In this document: positions 1 to 8,538 of the stretch, one piece after another | Position numbering within the stretch: position 1 is the first letter of the stretch | How the letters are laid out: every line of letters begins with the position of its first letter | Virus record (IMG/VR): IMGVR_UViG_648276671_000014 | Strand: one strand, 5' to 3' | Source of the DNA: a virus | Lineage: Duplodnaviria > Heunggongvirae > Uroviricota > Caudoviricetes | DNA length: 24,740 nucleotides | Program-made: the position numbers and the translations under genes | Notes under the pieces: generated by a model | What the model was told of the DNA's origin: nothing | Databases searched by the model: none | What the model saw: the letters and a program-made list of their open reading frames with translations, nothing else

Positions 1-1056
1 TTATTGCGGGGTAATGCCAACCGCTGCCGCCACTTTGTCGCCATTTGGTAACGTTGCCAGTGGATTGAAACGGAGCGCCGTTTCCAAATGATCCGGTGCC
101 AGATGCGCATAACGCATAGTCATTTTTATATCGTGGTGTCCGAGAATTTTTTGTAAGGCCAAGATGTTTCCACCCGACATCATGAAGTGCGCCGCAAACG
201 TATGGCGCAGAACGTGTGTCAGTTGACCGCGAGGGAGAACGATAGACGTTTTTTCCATCACGGATAAAAATTGAAAATAGCAGTCTGTGAAGAAATTGAA
301 CCCATCGAGCGCCATGATCTCTTCATAAAGCTCTTTACTGATAGGGATGCTTCTGTTTTTCTTCCCCTTCGTTCTCACAAAGGTGATTCGGTACTTGGTG
401 ACCTGTGAGCGGGTAAGATTGATTGCTTCTCGCCAACGTGCGCCTGTACTTAGACATATTTTTACCACCAGTGCCAGAATTGGGTTCTGACGTTTGCAGT
501 CAGACAGTAATTCGATAATCTGCTCATGTGTAAGCCATGCCATTTCCTTTTCTGCGATAGTGAATTTGCGCATCTTCTCTAATGGGTTTGGAAGTGTCCA
601 TTCACCCAGGCGGGAAAGTTCTCTGAAAACGCTGCTTAGATGGCTTTGCTCCAGGTTAACAGTAACTGGGCTTGCTCCTTTCTTCCATTTTTCACTGAAG
701 TAGATTTCACCAGTAAGGCGTTTATCGCGATAGTGAGCAAACATTTTTGAGGTGAGATCAGTTGCAAGGGGATTTCCCAAGGCGTCAACCATCAACAGCA
801 GCTTGTTGTAGACATGCTGTCCGGCAGTAAGAGATTTGCCATGTAATTTGAACCATAGCTCAACCATATCTTTCAGTGTCCGACGATCCACTGATTCGCC
901 CAGCCAGGGCTTTGCTTCTATTTCCCCCATGGTGTATCGCTCGAAGGCCAGTGCTTCGCCTTTGGTGGCGAATTGTTTACGCACACGACGCCCATTACGT
1001 CCGGCGGGGTAACATTCGCAAAGCCATTTCCCTGTGGTGAGTTTTCGTACTGCCAT
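1..1056 (-). CDS. int: Tyrosine integrase (P2 Int-like)
   Basis: N-terminus MAVRKLTTGKW..GRNGRRVRKQF resembles the P2 Int start. Tyrosine-recombinase motifs are present: TGARWRE, HVLRHTFA, GHHDIKMTMRYAHL. Start moved to ATG 1056; the track's extension to 1212 has no integrase-like sequence. Confidence 0.9.
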   Translation of the reverse strand: MAVRKLTTGKWLCECYPAGRNGRRVRKQFATKGEALAFERYTMGEIEAKPWLGESVDRRTLKDMVELWFKLHGKSLTAGQHVYNKLLLMVDALGNPLATDLTSKMFAHYRDKRLTGEIYFSEKWKKGASPVTVNLEQSHLSSVFRELSRLGEWTLPNPLEKMRKFTIAEKEMAWLTHEQIIELLSDCKRQNPILALVVKICLSTGARWREAINLTRSQVTKYRITFVRTKGKKNRSIPISKELYEEIMALDGFNFFTDCYFQFLSVMEKTSIVLPRGQLTHVLRHTFAAHFMMSGGNILALQKILGHHDIKMTMRYAHLAPDHLETALRFNPLATLPNGDKVAAAVGITPQ

Positions 1057-1244
1057 AAAAAATGCCCTCCAGTAGAGAGCATTTTCACTGTATGTATAAC
1101 CAGTGTCAATGTATGAAATCCTACGACCATACATCTCACTGAAGCCATAATTAAGTTGGCTATTCTTTTTGCTATGTGAGCATGTAATTTTTGCGGTTAA
1201 CCTGCGGCTCATTTTTATTTTAGGCGCAGATATAAAAGCAAAAG

Positions 1245-1436
1245 TTATCGTGAGTTTTTAGTACAGATTTTTTTGGATTTACTAATAGTTCCATCATTGC
1301 AAACGAATTTGCCATCTGAGGTACAGTGAGAAACACCTCCCTTTTTCCCTGAACAGGGATAATTTCTAGCATGGGTAGTTAGTGGGTTTAATAATAAAGA
1401 ACATGACAAAACCACAAAAAATACCTTACCAAGCAT
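1245..1436 (-). CDS. Small secreted Cys-rich protein (63 aa, signal peptide), AT-rich moron between cI and int
   Basis: Strong SD (GGGAGGA) 5 nt before the ATG. Hydrophobic N-terminus [23 protein letters not shown] is followed by a 6-Cys, Lys-rich mature part. Low GC compared with flanks. Starts 16 nt downstream of the cI stop on the same strand. Confidence 0.6.
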   Translation of the reverse strand: MLGKVFFVVLSCSLLLNPLTTHARNYPCSGKKGGVSHCTSDGKFVCNDGTISKSKKICTKNSR

Positions 1437-1451
1437 AGTTTCCTCCCGGTA

Positions 1452-2021
1452 CTATTTAACATACTTGACTGTTAAACTTATAATTTTACCAATTATTTCA
1501 ATGTCTTCTATCTTGCATTCGAAGGCTCTGTTTCCACCCTCGACGAAGATTCTTCCACCGGGTAAACGAGTAATGTCACGGATCGTTATTTCGCCATCAA
1601 TACTTATTACCCATTTACCATCACGTATATCATCAAATTCCTTATCACAAATAAATTCAAAATTATTATCTGTGATTACAAAAAGATTCTTGAATGCCGA
1701 CGGTAGAAATTCCCTATCGAAAATATAAAAACCGTCTTCACACAAGGCCCCATCAGATAATACATATTTAGCAACTTCCATAGTATTTGTATTACCTGAA
1801 GTTTGCTTTGAACCATGCCCGGTTGTGAGCCAATTAAGCGAGGTGCCCGTTTCAAGGGCGCACTGGATTACCCATTCTGCGGGGAATGAGTCACGCATGT
1901 AGCGTGTGGCGAGTGTACTTTTAGAGATTCCTAAATGATCGCACAACGCCTGTCGAGTCTTGAATCCATAAGCTTCTACCATGCGCTCTATAGCGCCTCG
2001 TCCGCCTTTCTCCAAATTCAT
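1452..2021 (-). CDS. cI: 186 CI-type immunity repressor (N-terminal HTH)
   Basis: About 190 aa. The HTH region EAYGFKTRQALCDHLGISKSTLATRY...CALETGTSLNWLTTG resembles coliphage 186 CI as I recall it. Divergent from the early operon. ATG 2021 has GGAG 5 nt upstream; the track's start at 2027 is GTG. Confidence 0.8.
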   Translation of the reverse strand: MNLEKGGRGAIERMVEAYGFKTRQALCDHLGISKSTLATRYMRDSFPAEWVIQCALETGTSLNWLTTGHGSKQTSGNTNTMEVAKYVLSDGALCEDGFYIFDREFLPSAFKNLFVITDNNFEFICDKEFDDIRDGKWVISIDGEITIRDITRLPGGRIFVEGGNRAFECKIEDIEIIGKIISLTVKYVK

Positions 2022-2045
2022 GGTCACTCCAAGTGAACTTTTGTC

Positions 2046-2074
2046 TTGACGATTTCACCGTGCGATCGTATGTT
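2046..2074 (+). promoter_or_regulatory. pR-like early lytic promoter (TTGACG - 17 bp - TATGTT)
   Basis: -35 TTGACG at 2046-2051, 17-nt spacer, -10 TATGTT at 2069-2074, in the cI/apl divergent intergenic region. Inverted repeat TTTGTG(2073-2078)/CACAAA(2084-2089) lies just downstream. Confidence 0.5.
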
Positions 2075-2146
2075 TGTGGTGTTCACAAAATACAAACGAT
2101 CCGTATTCGTCCTGATTAATCATCATTAAACGAGGAATGTTGCATC

Positions 2147-2368
2147 ATGAGACCTAACATTTCAATCACTCTTACCACGCCTCATGTGACTATTGAACGC
2201 TATAGCGAGCTGACAGGGCTGTCCATCGATACTATCAATGACATGTTGGCTGATGGACGCCTTATCCGTCACCGTTTGCGCAAAGATAAAAAACGCGAAA
2301 AAGTGATGATCAACATAGCAGCCATGACCGTTGATGCGCTTTCAGAATGCAATCTAAACCTTAATTAG
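2147..2368 (+). CDS. apl: Apl/Cox-like excisionase and early transcriptional regulator
   Basis: First gene of the rightward early operon opposite the repressor. 73 aa with an HTH-like [23 protein letters not shown]. The call rests on position and size. Confidence 0.6.
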   Translation: MRPNISITLTTPHVTIERYSELTGLSIDTINDMLADGRLIRHRLRKDKKREKVMINIAAMTVDALSECNLNLN

Positions 2369-2400
2369 TTCGATTCTGAAATACATCAGAGGCATTGACC

Positions 2401-2910
2401 ATGTTTGATTACCAAGTTTCCAAACATCCACATTTTGATGAAGCCTGTCGTGCATTCGCATTGCGCCACAACTTGGTGCAACTGGCAGAACGTGCAGGCA
2501 TGAATGTGCAGATTCTGCGGAACAAGCTGAACCCAGCGCAACCTCATTTATTAACCGCACCAGATATCTGGCTGCTTACTGATCTGACAGAAGACTCAAC
2601 ACTGGTAGATGGTTTTCTGGCACAGATTCATTGTCTGCCATGTGTACCGATTAATGAGGTGGCAAAAGAGAAACTGCCGCATTACGTCATGAGTGCAACC
2701 GCAGAGATCGGGCGTGTTGCTGCAGGTGCGGTATCTGGCGATGTAAAAACCAGTGCAGGTCGTCGTGATGCTATCAGCAGCATTAACTCTGTAACACGAC
2801 TGATGGCGTTGGCTGCTGTTTCATTGCAGGCCCGTTTACAGGCTAACCCTGCGATGGCGAGTGCAGTTGATACCGTGACTGGCCTAGGTGCTTCATTCGG
2901 TTTGCTGTGA
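2401..2910 (+). CDS. cII: 186 CII-like lysogeny-establishment regulator
   Basis: About 169 aa in the position after apl. Sequence [10 protein letters not shown]...[18 protein letters not shown] (HTH) resembles the 186 CII family. ATG 2401 preferred over the track's TTG 2395. Confidence 0.7.
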   Translation: MFDYQVSKHPHFDEACRAFALRHNLVQLAERAGMNVQILRNKLNPAQPHLLTAPDIWLLTDLTEDSTLVDGFLAQIHCLPCVPINEVAKEKLPHYVMSATAEIGRVAAGAVSGDVKTSAGRRDAISSINSVTRLMALAAVSLQARLQANPAMASAVDTVTGLGASFGLL

Positions 2911-2917
2911 GGTGCTT

Positions 2918-3214
2918 ATGCTGACGAAAGAACCATCATTTGCATCGCTGCTGGTAAAGCAAAGCCCGGCAATGCACTACGGTCACGGCTGGATCATGGG
3001 TGAGGATGGAAAACGCTGGCATCCATGTCATTCACAAGATGAATTGCTGTCTGAATTGACCACGAGGAAACGGAGAAAGTCAAAATGTATGCAGCGGAAA
3101 GTGAAGTGGTTTATCAGTTTTGTTACAGAGGGGAGAGTTATTCAGTACCTGAAGATGATTTGCTCTGTTGCTATCCGTCGTTGTCGGGCGATGGCAGTTA
3201 CTTTTTCACGCTAA
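2918..3214 (+). CDS. fil: Fil-like early protein (phage 186 filamentation protein family), 3' end uncertain
   Basis: SD GAGGTG then ATG 2918. MLTKEPSFASLLVKQSPAMHYGHGWI... matches my recollection of Fil-family proteins of P2/186-like prophages. The last ~43 codons overlap the next ORF out of frame and look non-protein-like. Confidence 0.45.
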   Translation: MLTKEPSFASLLVKQSPAMHYGHGWIMGEDGKRWHPCHSQDELLSELTTRKRRKSKCMQRKVKWFISFVTEGRVIQYLKMICSVAIRRCRAMAVTFSR

Positions 3215-3309
3215 AGGATGGGACGTTTTTACGGGGAGAGCAGGTTAAAGAGACGGTACGAAAAAATGTATCTCCCCTTGAGCGTTACCGTAAGAACAAA
3301 GAACGATAG
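3085..3309 (+). CDS. Hypothetical early protein (74 aa)
   Basis: SD GGAGAAAG upstream of ATG 3085. Protein-like composition (MYAAESEVVYQFCYRGESYSVPEDD...). Overlaps the tail of the previous ORF. Confidence 0.5.
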   Translation: MYAAESEVVYQFCYRGESYSVPEDDLLCCYPSLSGDGSYFFTLKDGTFLRGEQVKETVRKNVSPLERYRKNKER

Positions 3310-3331
3310 GTGCGTTTGGGGGATATGAAGT

Positions 3332-3673
3332 ATGGCAATTAATGGCGCTGCGGCGACTGTTCCATTAAGCCCCGGTGAACGCCTGAATGGACTTAATCAC
3401 ATTGCGGAATTAAGGGCGAAAGTATTTGGCCTGAATATTGAGTCAGAGCTTGAGCGGTTTATTAAAGATATGCGTGATCCACGGGATATCAATAACGAAC
3501 AAAATAAACGGGCACTGGCTGCTATATTCTTTATGGCAAAAATTCCAGCTGAACGTCATAGCATCAGCATTAATGAGCTGACCACTGACGAAAAGCGGGA
3601 GTTGATTAAAGCAATGAATCATTTTCGTGCAGTGGTGAGCTTATTTCCCAGACGGCTAACCATGCCGAATTAA
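3332..3673 (+). CDS. Hypothetical early protein (113 aa)
   Basis: ORF with SD GGGGGA upstream, in the early operon. No motif recognised. Confidence 0.6.
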   Translation: MAINGAAATVPLSPGERLNGLNHIAELRAKVFGLNIESELERFIKDMRDPRDINNEQNKRALAAIFFMAKIPAERHSISINELTTDEKRELIKAMNHFRAVVSLFPRRLTMPN

Positions 3674-3740
3674 CCAACTAATGAAATTAATGGCGTAAAC
3701 CCGCCGGGTATCCCTTTATCTAAATTCAGGAGAATTGATT

Positions 3741-3974
3741 ATGCGTAATATTGAAACTCTCACGACTAAAACCGGACCGGATGATGCAGGGCTTAATATT
3801 TTACTGACAGAGGCTCGTCTGGAAGAACGCCGGGCAAGGGCTGAAGCAATGGCAGCTCGCCTTGATAGCCTGGCGTGTCATATCACATCCCGCCAGCTAA
3901 ACCACGTCGAAGCAGCAGAACTACTGCGTGTAACTGCTGAAGCAATCCAGAACGAAGCGCAGGAGATCCACTAA
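3741..3974 (+). CDS. Hypothetical early protein (77 aa, helical)
   Basis: SD CAGGAG 8 nt before ATG 3741. Stop overlaps the next start (TAATG). Typical small P2-family early ORF. Confidence 0.6.
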   Translation: MRNIETLTTKTGPDDAGLNILLTEARLEERRARAEAMAARLDSLACHITSRQLNHVEAAELLRVTAEAIQNEAQEIH

Positions 3975-4201
3975 TGGCTGATGCAATGGATCTCGTACAG
4001 CAGCGAGTTGAAGAAGAACGCCAACGTCATATCCGTGCTGCCCGTGCCAAAACACCGGGCGTGTCCCGCGTGCTTTGCGTTGAGTGTGAAGCGCCAATTC
4101 CGCCAGCACGCCGTCGTGCCATTCCGGGTGTGCAGCTTTGCATTACCTGTCAGGAAATCGCAGAGCTGAAAGGCAAACATTACAACGGAGGTGCTGTATG
4201 A
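3974..4201 (+). CDS. TraR/DksA-family C4 zinc-finger protein
   Basis: CVECEAPIPPARRRAIPGVQLCITCQ is a CxxC-N17-CxxC motif typical of phage TraR/DksA-like proteins found in this position in P2-like phages. Confidence 0.75.
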   Translation: MADAMDLVQQRVEEERQRHIRAARAKTPGVSRVLCVECEAPIPPARRRAIPGVQLCITCQEIAELKGKHYNGGAV

Positions 4202-5055
4202 GCACCATCCTGAAATGGGCGGGAAATAAAACCGCCATTATGTCCGAACTGAAAAAACACCTTCCTGCTGGCCCGCGACTGGTTGAACCTTTCGCGGGTT
4301 CCTGTGCTGTGATGATGGCGACGGATTACCCCAGCTATCTGGTTGCTGATATTAATCCTGATTTAATCAACCTCTATAAAAAGATTGCCGCTGATTGCGA
4401 AGCGTTTATATCTCGTGCCAGAGCTTTATTTGAGGAAGCAAACAGGGAGGTGGCTTATTACAACATAAGGCAGGAGTTTAACTGCTCAACTGAAATTACT
4501 GACTTCATGAAAGCAGTATATTTCCTGTATCTCAATCGTCACGGTTACCGTGGGTTATGTCGCTATAACAAGAGCGGGCATTTCAACATTCCCTACGGTA
4601 ATTATAAAAATCCGTATTTCCCTGAAAAAGAAATTCGCGCATTTGCAGAGAAAGCCCAGCGAGCAACGTTTATCTGCGCCAGCTTTGATGAAACGCTGGC
4701 GATGCTGCAGGTGGGGGATGTGGTGTATTGCGATCCGCCTTATGACGGTACGTTTTCCGGCTATCACACTGACGGCTTCACTGAAGATGACCAGTATCAC
4801 CTGGCATCTGTTCTTGAATATCGATCATCAGAAGGTCATCCAGTCATTGTTTCTAACAGTGACACATCCCTGATCCGTTCGCTGTATCGAAATTTCACTC
4901 ACCACTACATCAAGGCAAAACGCAGCATCGGCGTGTCGGCTGGCGAGAGTAAATCTGCAACAGAAATCATTGCTGTTTCCGGGGCGCGCTGCTGGGTGGG
5001 ATTTGATCCTTCGTGTGGCGTGGATAGTTCTGCTGTGTACGAGGTGCGTATATGA
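4198..5055 (+). CDS. dam: DNA adenine methyltransferase (Dam, GATC-type, orphan)
   Basis: LKWAGNK, FAGSCAV (SAM-binding FxGxG) and catalytic DPPY are all present. ATGA overlap with the upstream stop. Start at ATG 4198, not the track's 4138. Confidence 0.9.
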   Translation: MSTILKWAGNKTAIMSELKKHLPAGPRLVEPFAGSCAVMMATDYPSYLVADINPDLINLYKKIAADCEAFISRARALFEEANREVAYYNIRQEFNCSTEITDFMKAVYFLYLNRHGYRGLCRYNKSGHFNIPYGNYKNPYFPEKEIRAFAEKAQRATFICASFDETLAMLQVGDVVYCDPPYDGTFSGYHTDGFTEDDQYHLASVLEYRSSEGHPVIVSNSDTSLIRSLYRNFTHHYIKAKRSIGVSAGESKSATEIIAVSGARCWVGFDPSCGVDSSAVYEVRI

Positions 5056-7466
5056 GTCATGACGATATGAGCAACTCTAGCGGCTTTAACGAGGCCGCTG
5101 CAGCATTTTCATGGAACGGCCCGAAAAAGGCCATTAACCCTTATCTGGACCCGGCGGAAGTTGCGCCGGAGTCTGCACTTTCAAACCTGATCACTCTGTA
5201 CGCTGCCGATAATGAGCAGGAACAGCTGCGCCGCGATGCACTGAGTGAGCAGGTCTGGGAGCGTTATTTCTTTAATGAATCTCGTGATCCTGTCCAGCGC
5301 GAAATGGAGCAGGATAAGCTCATTAGCCGGGCAAAGCTGGCGCATGAACAGCAGCGTTTTAACCCGGACATGGTCATTCTGGCGGACGTCAGCGCCCAGC
5401 CCACCCATATTAGCAAGCCGCTGATGCAACGTATCGAATACTTCAGCAGCCTGGGCAGGCCAAAGGCTTATTCCCGCTATTTGCGTGAGACGATTAAGCC
5501 ATGTCTGGAGCGACTGGATTGTGTACGTGACAGTCAGCTGTCTGCTTCTTTCCGTTTTATGGCAAGCCATCAAGGGCTGGAGGGCCTGCTGATCCTGCCT
5601 GAAATGAGTCAGGATCAGGTGAAACGCCTGTCCACCCTGGTAGCTGCGCATATGAGCATGTGCCTTGATGCAGCTTGTGGCGATTTGTATGCCACCGATG
5701 ACGTTAAGCCAGAAGAAATCCGCAAGACATGGGAAAAGGTGGCGGCGGAAACCCTGCGTCTGGATGTCATCCCACCTGCGTTTGAGCAACTCCGTCGGAA
5801 AAGAAACCGCCGTAAACCCGTGCCCTATGAACTCATTCCGGGTTCGCTGGCGCGTATGTTGTGCGCCGACTGGTGGTATCGGAAATTATGGAAGATGCGT
5901 TGCGAATGGCGGGAAGAGCAGTTGCGTGCTGTCTGCCTGGTCAGCAAAAAAGCATCTCCCTATGTCAGCTATGAAGCCGTGATGCATAAACGTGAGCAGC
6001 GCCGTAAGTCGCTGGAGTTTTTCCGTTCTCATGAACTGGTGAACGAAGACGGCGACACGCTGGACATGGAGGATGTGGTAAACGCCAGCAGCAGCAACCC
6101 TGCGCATCGCCGCAATGAGATGATGGCCTGTGTTAAAGGTCTGGAGCTTATCGCGGAAATGCGCGGTGACTGCGCCGTTTTCTACACTATCACCTGTCCG
6201 TCACGTTTCCATTCCACGCTCAACAACGGCAGACCCAACCCAACCTGGACAAATGCGACGGTAAGACAAAGCAGCGATTATCTGGTCGGCATGTTTGCTG
6301 CATTTCGTAAGGCAATGCACAAAACCGGGTTGCGCTGGTATGGCGTACGGGTGGCTGAGCCGCACCATGACGGTACTGTGCACTGGCATCTCATGTGCTT
6401 CATGCGTAAAAAAGACCGCCGCGCCATCACTGCATTACTGCGTAAGTTTGCCATCCGTGTAGACCGCGAGGAGCTGGGCAACAATACGGGGCCACGCTTT
6501 AAGTCTGAGCTGATTAACCCGCGCAAAGGAACACCGACAAGCTACATCGCGAAATACATCAGTAAGAACATTGACGGGCGTGGTCTGGCTGGCGAGATCA
6601 GCAAGGAAACGGGTAAATCCCTGCGTGATAACGCCGAATACGTCAATGCCTGGGCGTCTCTGCATCGTGTTCAGCAGTTCCGCTTCTTTGGTATTCCGGG
6701 ACGTCAGGCTTACCGTGAACTTCGCTTGCTGGCTGGTCAGGCGGCAAGGCAACAGGGTGACAAAAAAGCAGGTGCGCCGATACTGGATGACCCGCGCCTT
6801 GATGCCATCCTGGCTGCTGCTGATGCTGGTTGTTTTGCCACCTACATCATGAAGCAGGGCGGCGTACTGGTTCCCCGTAAATATCACCTTATCAGAACCG
6901 CTTATGAAATCAACGAAGAGCCGACCGCCTATGGCGATCACGGCATTCGTATTTATGGCATCTGGTCACCCATTGCAGAGGGCAAGATCTGCACTCATGC
7001 AGTGAAGTGGAAAATGGTTCGTAAGGCCGTTGACGTTCAGGAGGCGGTAGCCGACCAGGGCGCTTGCGCCCCTTGGACTCGTGGCAATAACTGTCCCCTT
7101 GCTGAAAATTTGAACCAACAAGGGAAAGACAAATCAGCTGATGGGGATACCAGGACGGACATTACCCGCATGGATGACAAGGAGTTGCACGATTACCTGC
7201 ACAGTATGAGCAAAAAAGAGCGCCGGGAACTGGCTGCAAGGTTACGCCTGGTGAAACCGAAACGGCGTAAAGACTACAAACAGCGAATTACAGACCATCA
7301 GCGACAGCGGCTCGTCTATGAACTGAAGTCCAGAGGATTTGATGGCAGCGAGAAAGAGGTCGATTTACTCCTTCGCGGCGGCAGTATTCCGTCAGGAGCA
7401 GGCCTGCGTATCTTCTATCGGAACCAGCGTTTGCAGGAAGATGATAAGTGGCGAAACCTGTATTAA
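5052..7466 (+). CDS. A: Replication initiation endonuclease (P2 gpA family, rolling-circle HUH nuclease)
   Basis: 804 aa. HUH motif (VHWHLM) and paired tyrosines (SYIAKYISK) are characteristic of gpA. Position is after the early genes. Confidence 0.9.
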   Translation: MSHDDMSNSSGFNEAAAAFSWNGPKKAINPYLDPAEVAPESALSNLITLYAADNEQEQLRRDALSEQVWERYFFNESRDPVQREMEQDKLISRAKLAHEQQRFNPDMVILADVSAQPTHISKPLMQRIEYFSSLGRPKAYSRYLRETIKPCLERLDCVRDSQLSASFRFMASHQGLEGLLILPEMSQDQVKRLSTLVAAHMSMCLDAACGDLYATDDVKPEEIRKTWEKVAAETLRLDVIPPAFEQLRRKRNRRKPVPYELIPGSLARMLCADWWYRKLWKMRCEWREEQLRAVCLVSKKASPYVSYEAVMHKREQRRKSLEFFRSHELVNEDGDTLDMEDVVNASSSNPAHRRNEMMACVKGLELIAEMRGDCAVFYTITCPSRFHSTLNNGRPNPTWTNATVRQSSDYLVGMFAAFRKAMHKTGLRWYGVRVAEPHHDGTVHWHLMCFMRKKDRRAITALLRKFAIRVDREELGNNTGPRFKSELINPRKGTPTSYIAKYISKNIDGRGLAGEISKETGKSLRDNAEYVNAWASLHRVQQFRFFGIPGRQAYRELRLLAGQAARQQGDKKAGAPILDDPRLDAILAAADAGCFATYIMKQGGVLVPRKYHLIRTAYEINEEPTAYGDHGIRIYGIWSPIAEGKICTHAVKWKMVRKAVDVQEAVADQGACAPWTRGNNCPLAENLNQQGKDKSADGDTRTDITRMDDKELHDYLHSMSKKERRELAARLRLVKPKRRKDYKQRITDHQRQRLVYELKSRGFDGSEKEVDLLLRGGSIPSGAGLRIFYRNQRLQEDDKWRNLY

Positions 7467-7558
7467 TTACGCGGGTTAACAATTCGTGCTCTTAATAATA
7501 CCAGGCATATCAGGCTGATGAACGTAAAAAAACGTTTTACATCAGTAAGATTATTATA

Positions 7559-7578
7559 TACTGTAAATATAAACAGTG
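7559..7578 (+). promoter_or_regulatory. LexA (SOS) box TACTGTAAATATAAACAGTG overlapping a candidate promoter
   Basis: Exact CTGT-N8-ACAG (7561-7576) with a TA-rich spacer. TTTACA at 7536-7541 could be the -35, so the box covers the -10 region. A degenerate second half-site ends at ACAG 7588-7591. Confidence 0.75.
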
Positions 7579-7619
7579 GTTATACATACAGTATCGCTTG
7601 TGGTGTCATAGGAGGAAAG

Positions 7620-7808
7620 ATGCAGGACTATTTTTTGGAGTCTTTGAAGCTCCAGCGCATTGATTTTTTTCTTAAGCTTGTAGCGGCTAGTGAGTGTAGT
7701 GATGAAGAGAAGGGGCTGGCTTTGCAGTGGGTTTCTGAACTGACAGATGAACTCATGGCAAAAATCAGAACCCACGAATACAACCGCTCAATGGATGTCA
7801 TCAGCTGA
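7620..7808 (+). CDS. Small acidic protein (62 aa), possible Tum-like antirepressor
   Basis: Strong SD AGGAGGAAAG immediately before ATG 7620. First gene behind the LexA box. The functional call rests on position only. Confidence 0.5.
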   Translation: MQDYFLESLKLQRIDFFLKLVAASECSDEEKGLALQWVSELTDELMAKIRTHEYNRSMDVIS

Positions 7809-7818
7809 GGTGACTTTT

Positions 7819-8052
7819 ATGCGCATTGAAATAATGATCGATAAAGAGCAGAAGATTAGCCAGTCTACCCTGGACGCCCTTGAATCCGAGCTTTACCGCA
7901 ATCTGCGCCCCCTATATCCAAAAACGGTAATTCGCATCCGCAAAGGTAGCTCTAACGGTGTGGAACTGACTGGACTGCAACTGGACGAAGAAAGGAAGCA
8001 AGTGATGAAAATTATGCAGAAGGTGTGGGAAGACGACAGCTGGCTGCATTAA
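7819..8052 (+). CDS. DinI-family protein (77 aa)
   Basis: MRIEIMIDKEQKISQSTLDALESELYRNLRPLYP...VWEDDSWLH matches DinI/MsgA-family features (about 80 aa, acidic C-terminus ending W-L-H-type). Confidence 0.8.
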   Translation: MRIEIMIDKEQKISQSTLDALESELYRNLRPLYPKTVIRIRKGSSNGVELTGLQLDEERKQVMKIMQKVWEDDSWLH

Positions 8053-8322
8053 GAAACGTTGCTGGCGTCTGAACTTGCTTCTGGCGTCAGCAAGGTTGAA
8101 CAACGAGCTATGCGAGGCGTTAGTGTCAATTTGTTACCTTAACCACTATATATGCCAGGAAATTAACAGTTCTTAAGAAACCGCTTGCATGATCGAGCGC
8201 ATTGAACTTAAGTTTAAGTAACGAAATCAACAGATGATATTGTTGTCTAAATTTTAAAGATAATCTGTTGAGGTTGTAGGCGTCGGAGTGTAGACTTCCG
8301 CGCCATGTGAAAAGGGGGAGTT

Positions 8323-8538
8323 ATGTCAAGCATCGCCGCATTTAGCCTGGGTAACCCAGTTGAACGTCTGGCAAGGGTTCTTAAAGAGAACCAGGACAAA
8401 CTCAATCTTAGTAAAGATGGTTTTGTGTCCGTAGACTTGTCTAACAAAAGAGCAATGGATGCCATCAAGGCACAGATGGATAAGCTTGAAGGCATCAAAA
8501 CGAGCACTGTAAAAGAGAAAACTAATAGAACCAGATAA
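8323..8538 (+). CDS. Hypothetical small protein (71 aa), first gene of the AT-rich cargo cassette
   Basis: Strong SD GGGGGAG before ATG 8323. Stop TAA overlaps the next ATG (ATAATGG), indicating translational coupling. Confidence 0.6.
   Translation: MSSIAAFSLGNPVERLARVLKENQDKLNLSKDGFVSVDLSNKRAMDAIKAQMDKLEGIKTSTVKEKTNRTR

Noticed and set aside
1057-1212. 52-codon N-terminal extension of the integrase ORF in the six-frame track
   Set aside because: The extension (MSRRLTAKITCSHSKKNSQ...) has no integrase-like sequence. The P2 Int-like N-terminus begins at the internal ATG 1056.
5181-5789. 202-aa ORF antisense to replication gene A
   Set aside because: It lies entirely inside a well-supported gene on the other strand. 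It has no SD and a low-complexity composition typical of shadow ORFs in GC-rich coding DNA. The same applies to the other antisense ORFs within A (5886-6107, 6201-6941).
7517-7543. Hairpin GATG-AACGT-A6-ACGTT-(TTA)-CATC after gene A as a terminator
   Set aside because: It has a short AT-rich stem with an internal bulge and no downstream T-run. It also overlaps the putative -35 of the LexA-controlled promoter.
8059-8093. Hairpin after the DinI-like gene as a terminator
   Set aside because: The 11-bp stem includes two G-T pairs, the loop is 13 nt, and no T-run follows. This is too weak to call, so it is unclear whether the downstream cassette is insulated from the LexA-controlled promoter.
8199-8209. 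11-mer GCATTGAACTT shared by the two cargo islands (also at 20920-20930) as a possible common recombination or regulatory site
   Set aside because: Dozens of 11-mer coincidences are expected by chance in a 24.7-kb window, and the flanking sequence does not extend the match.
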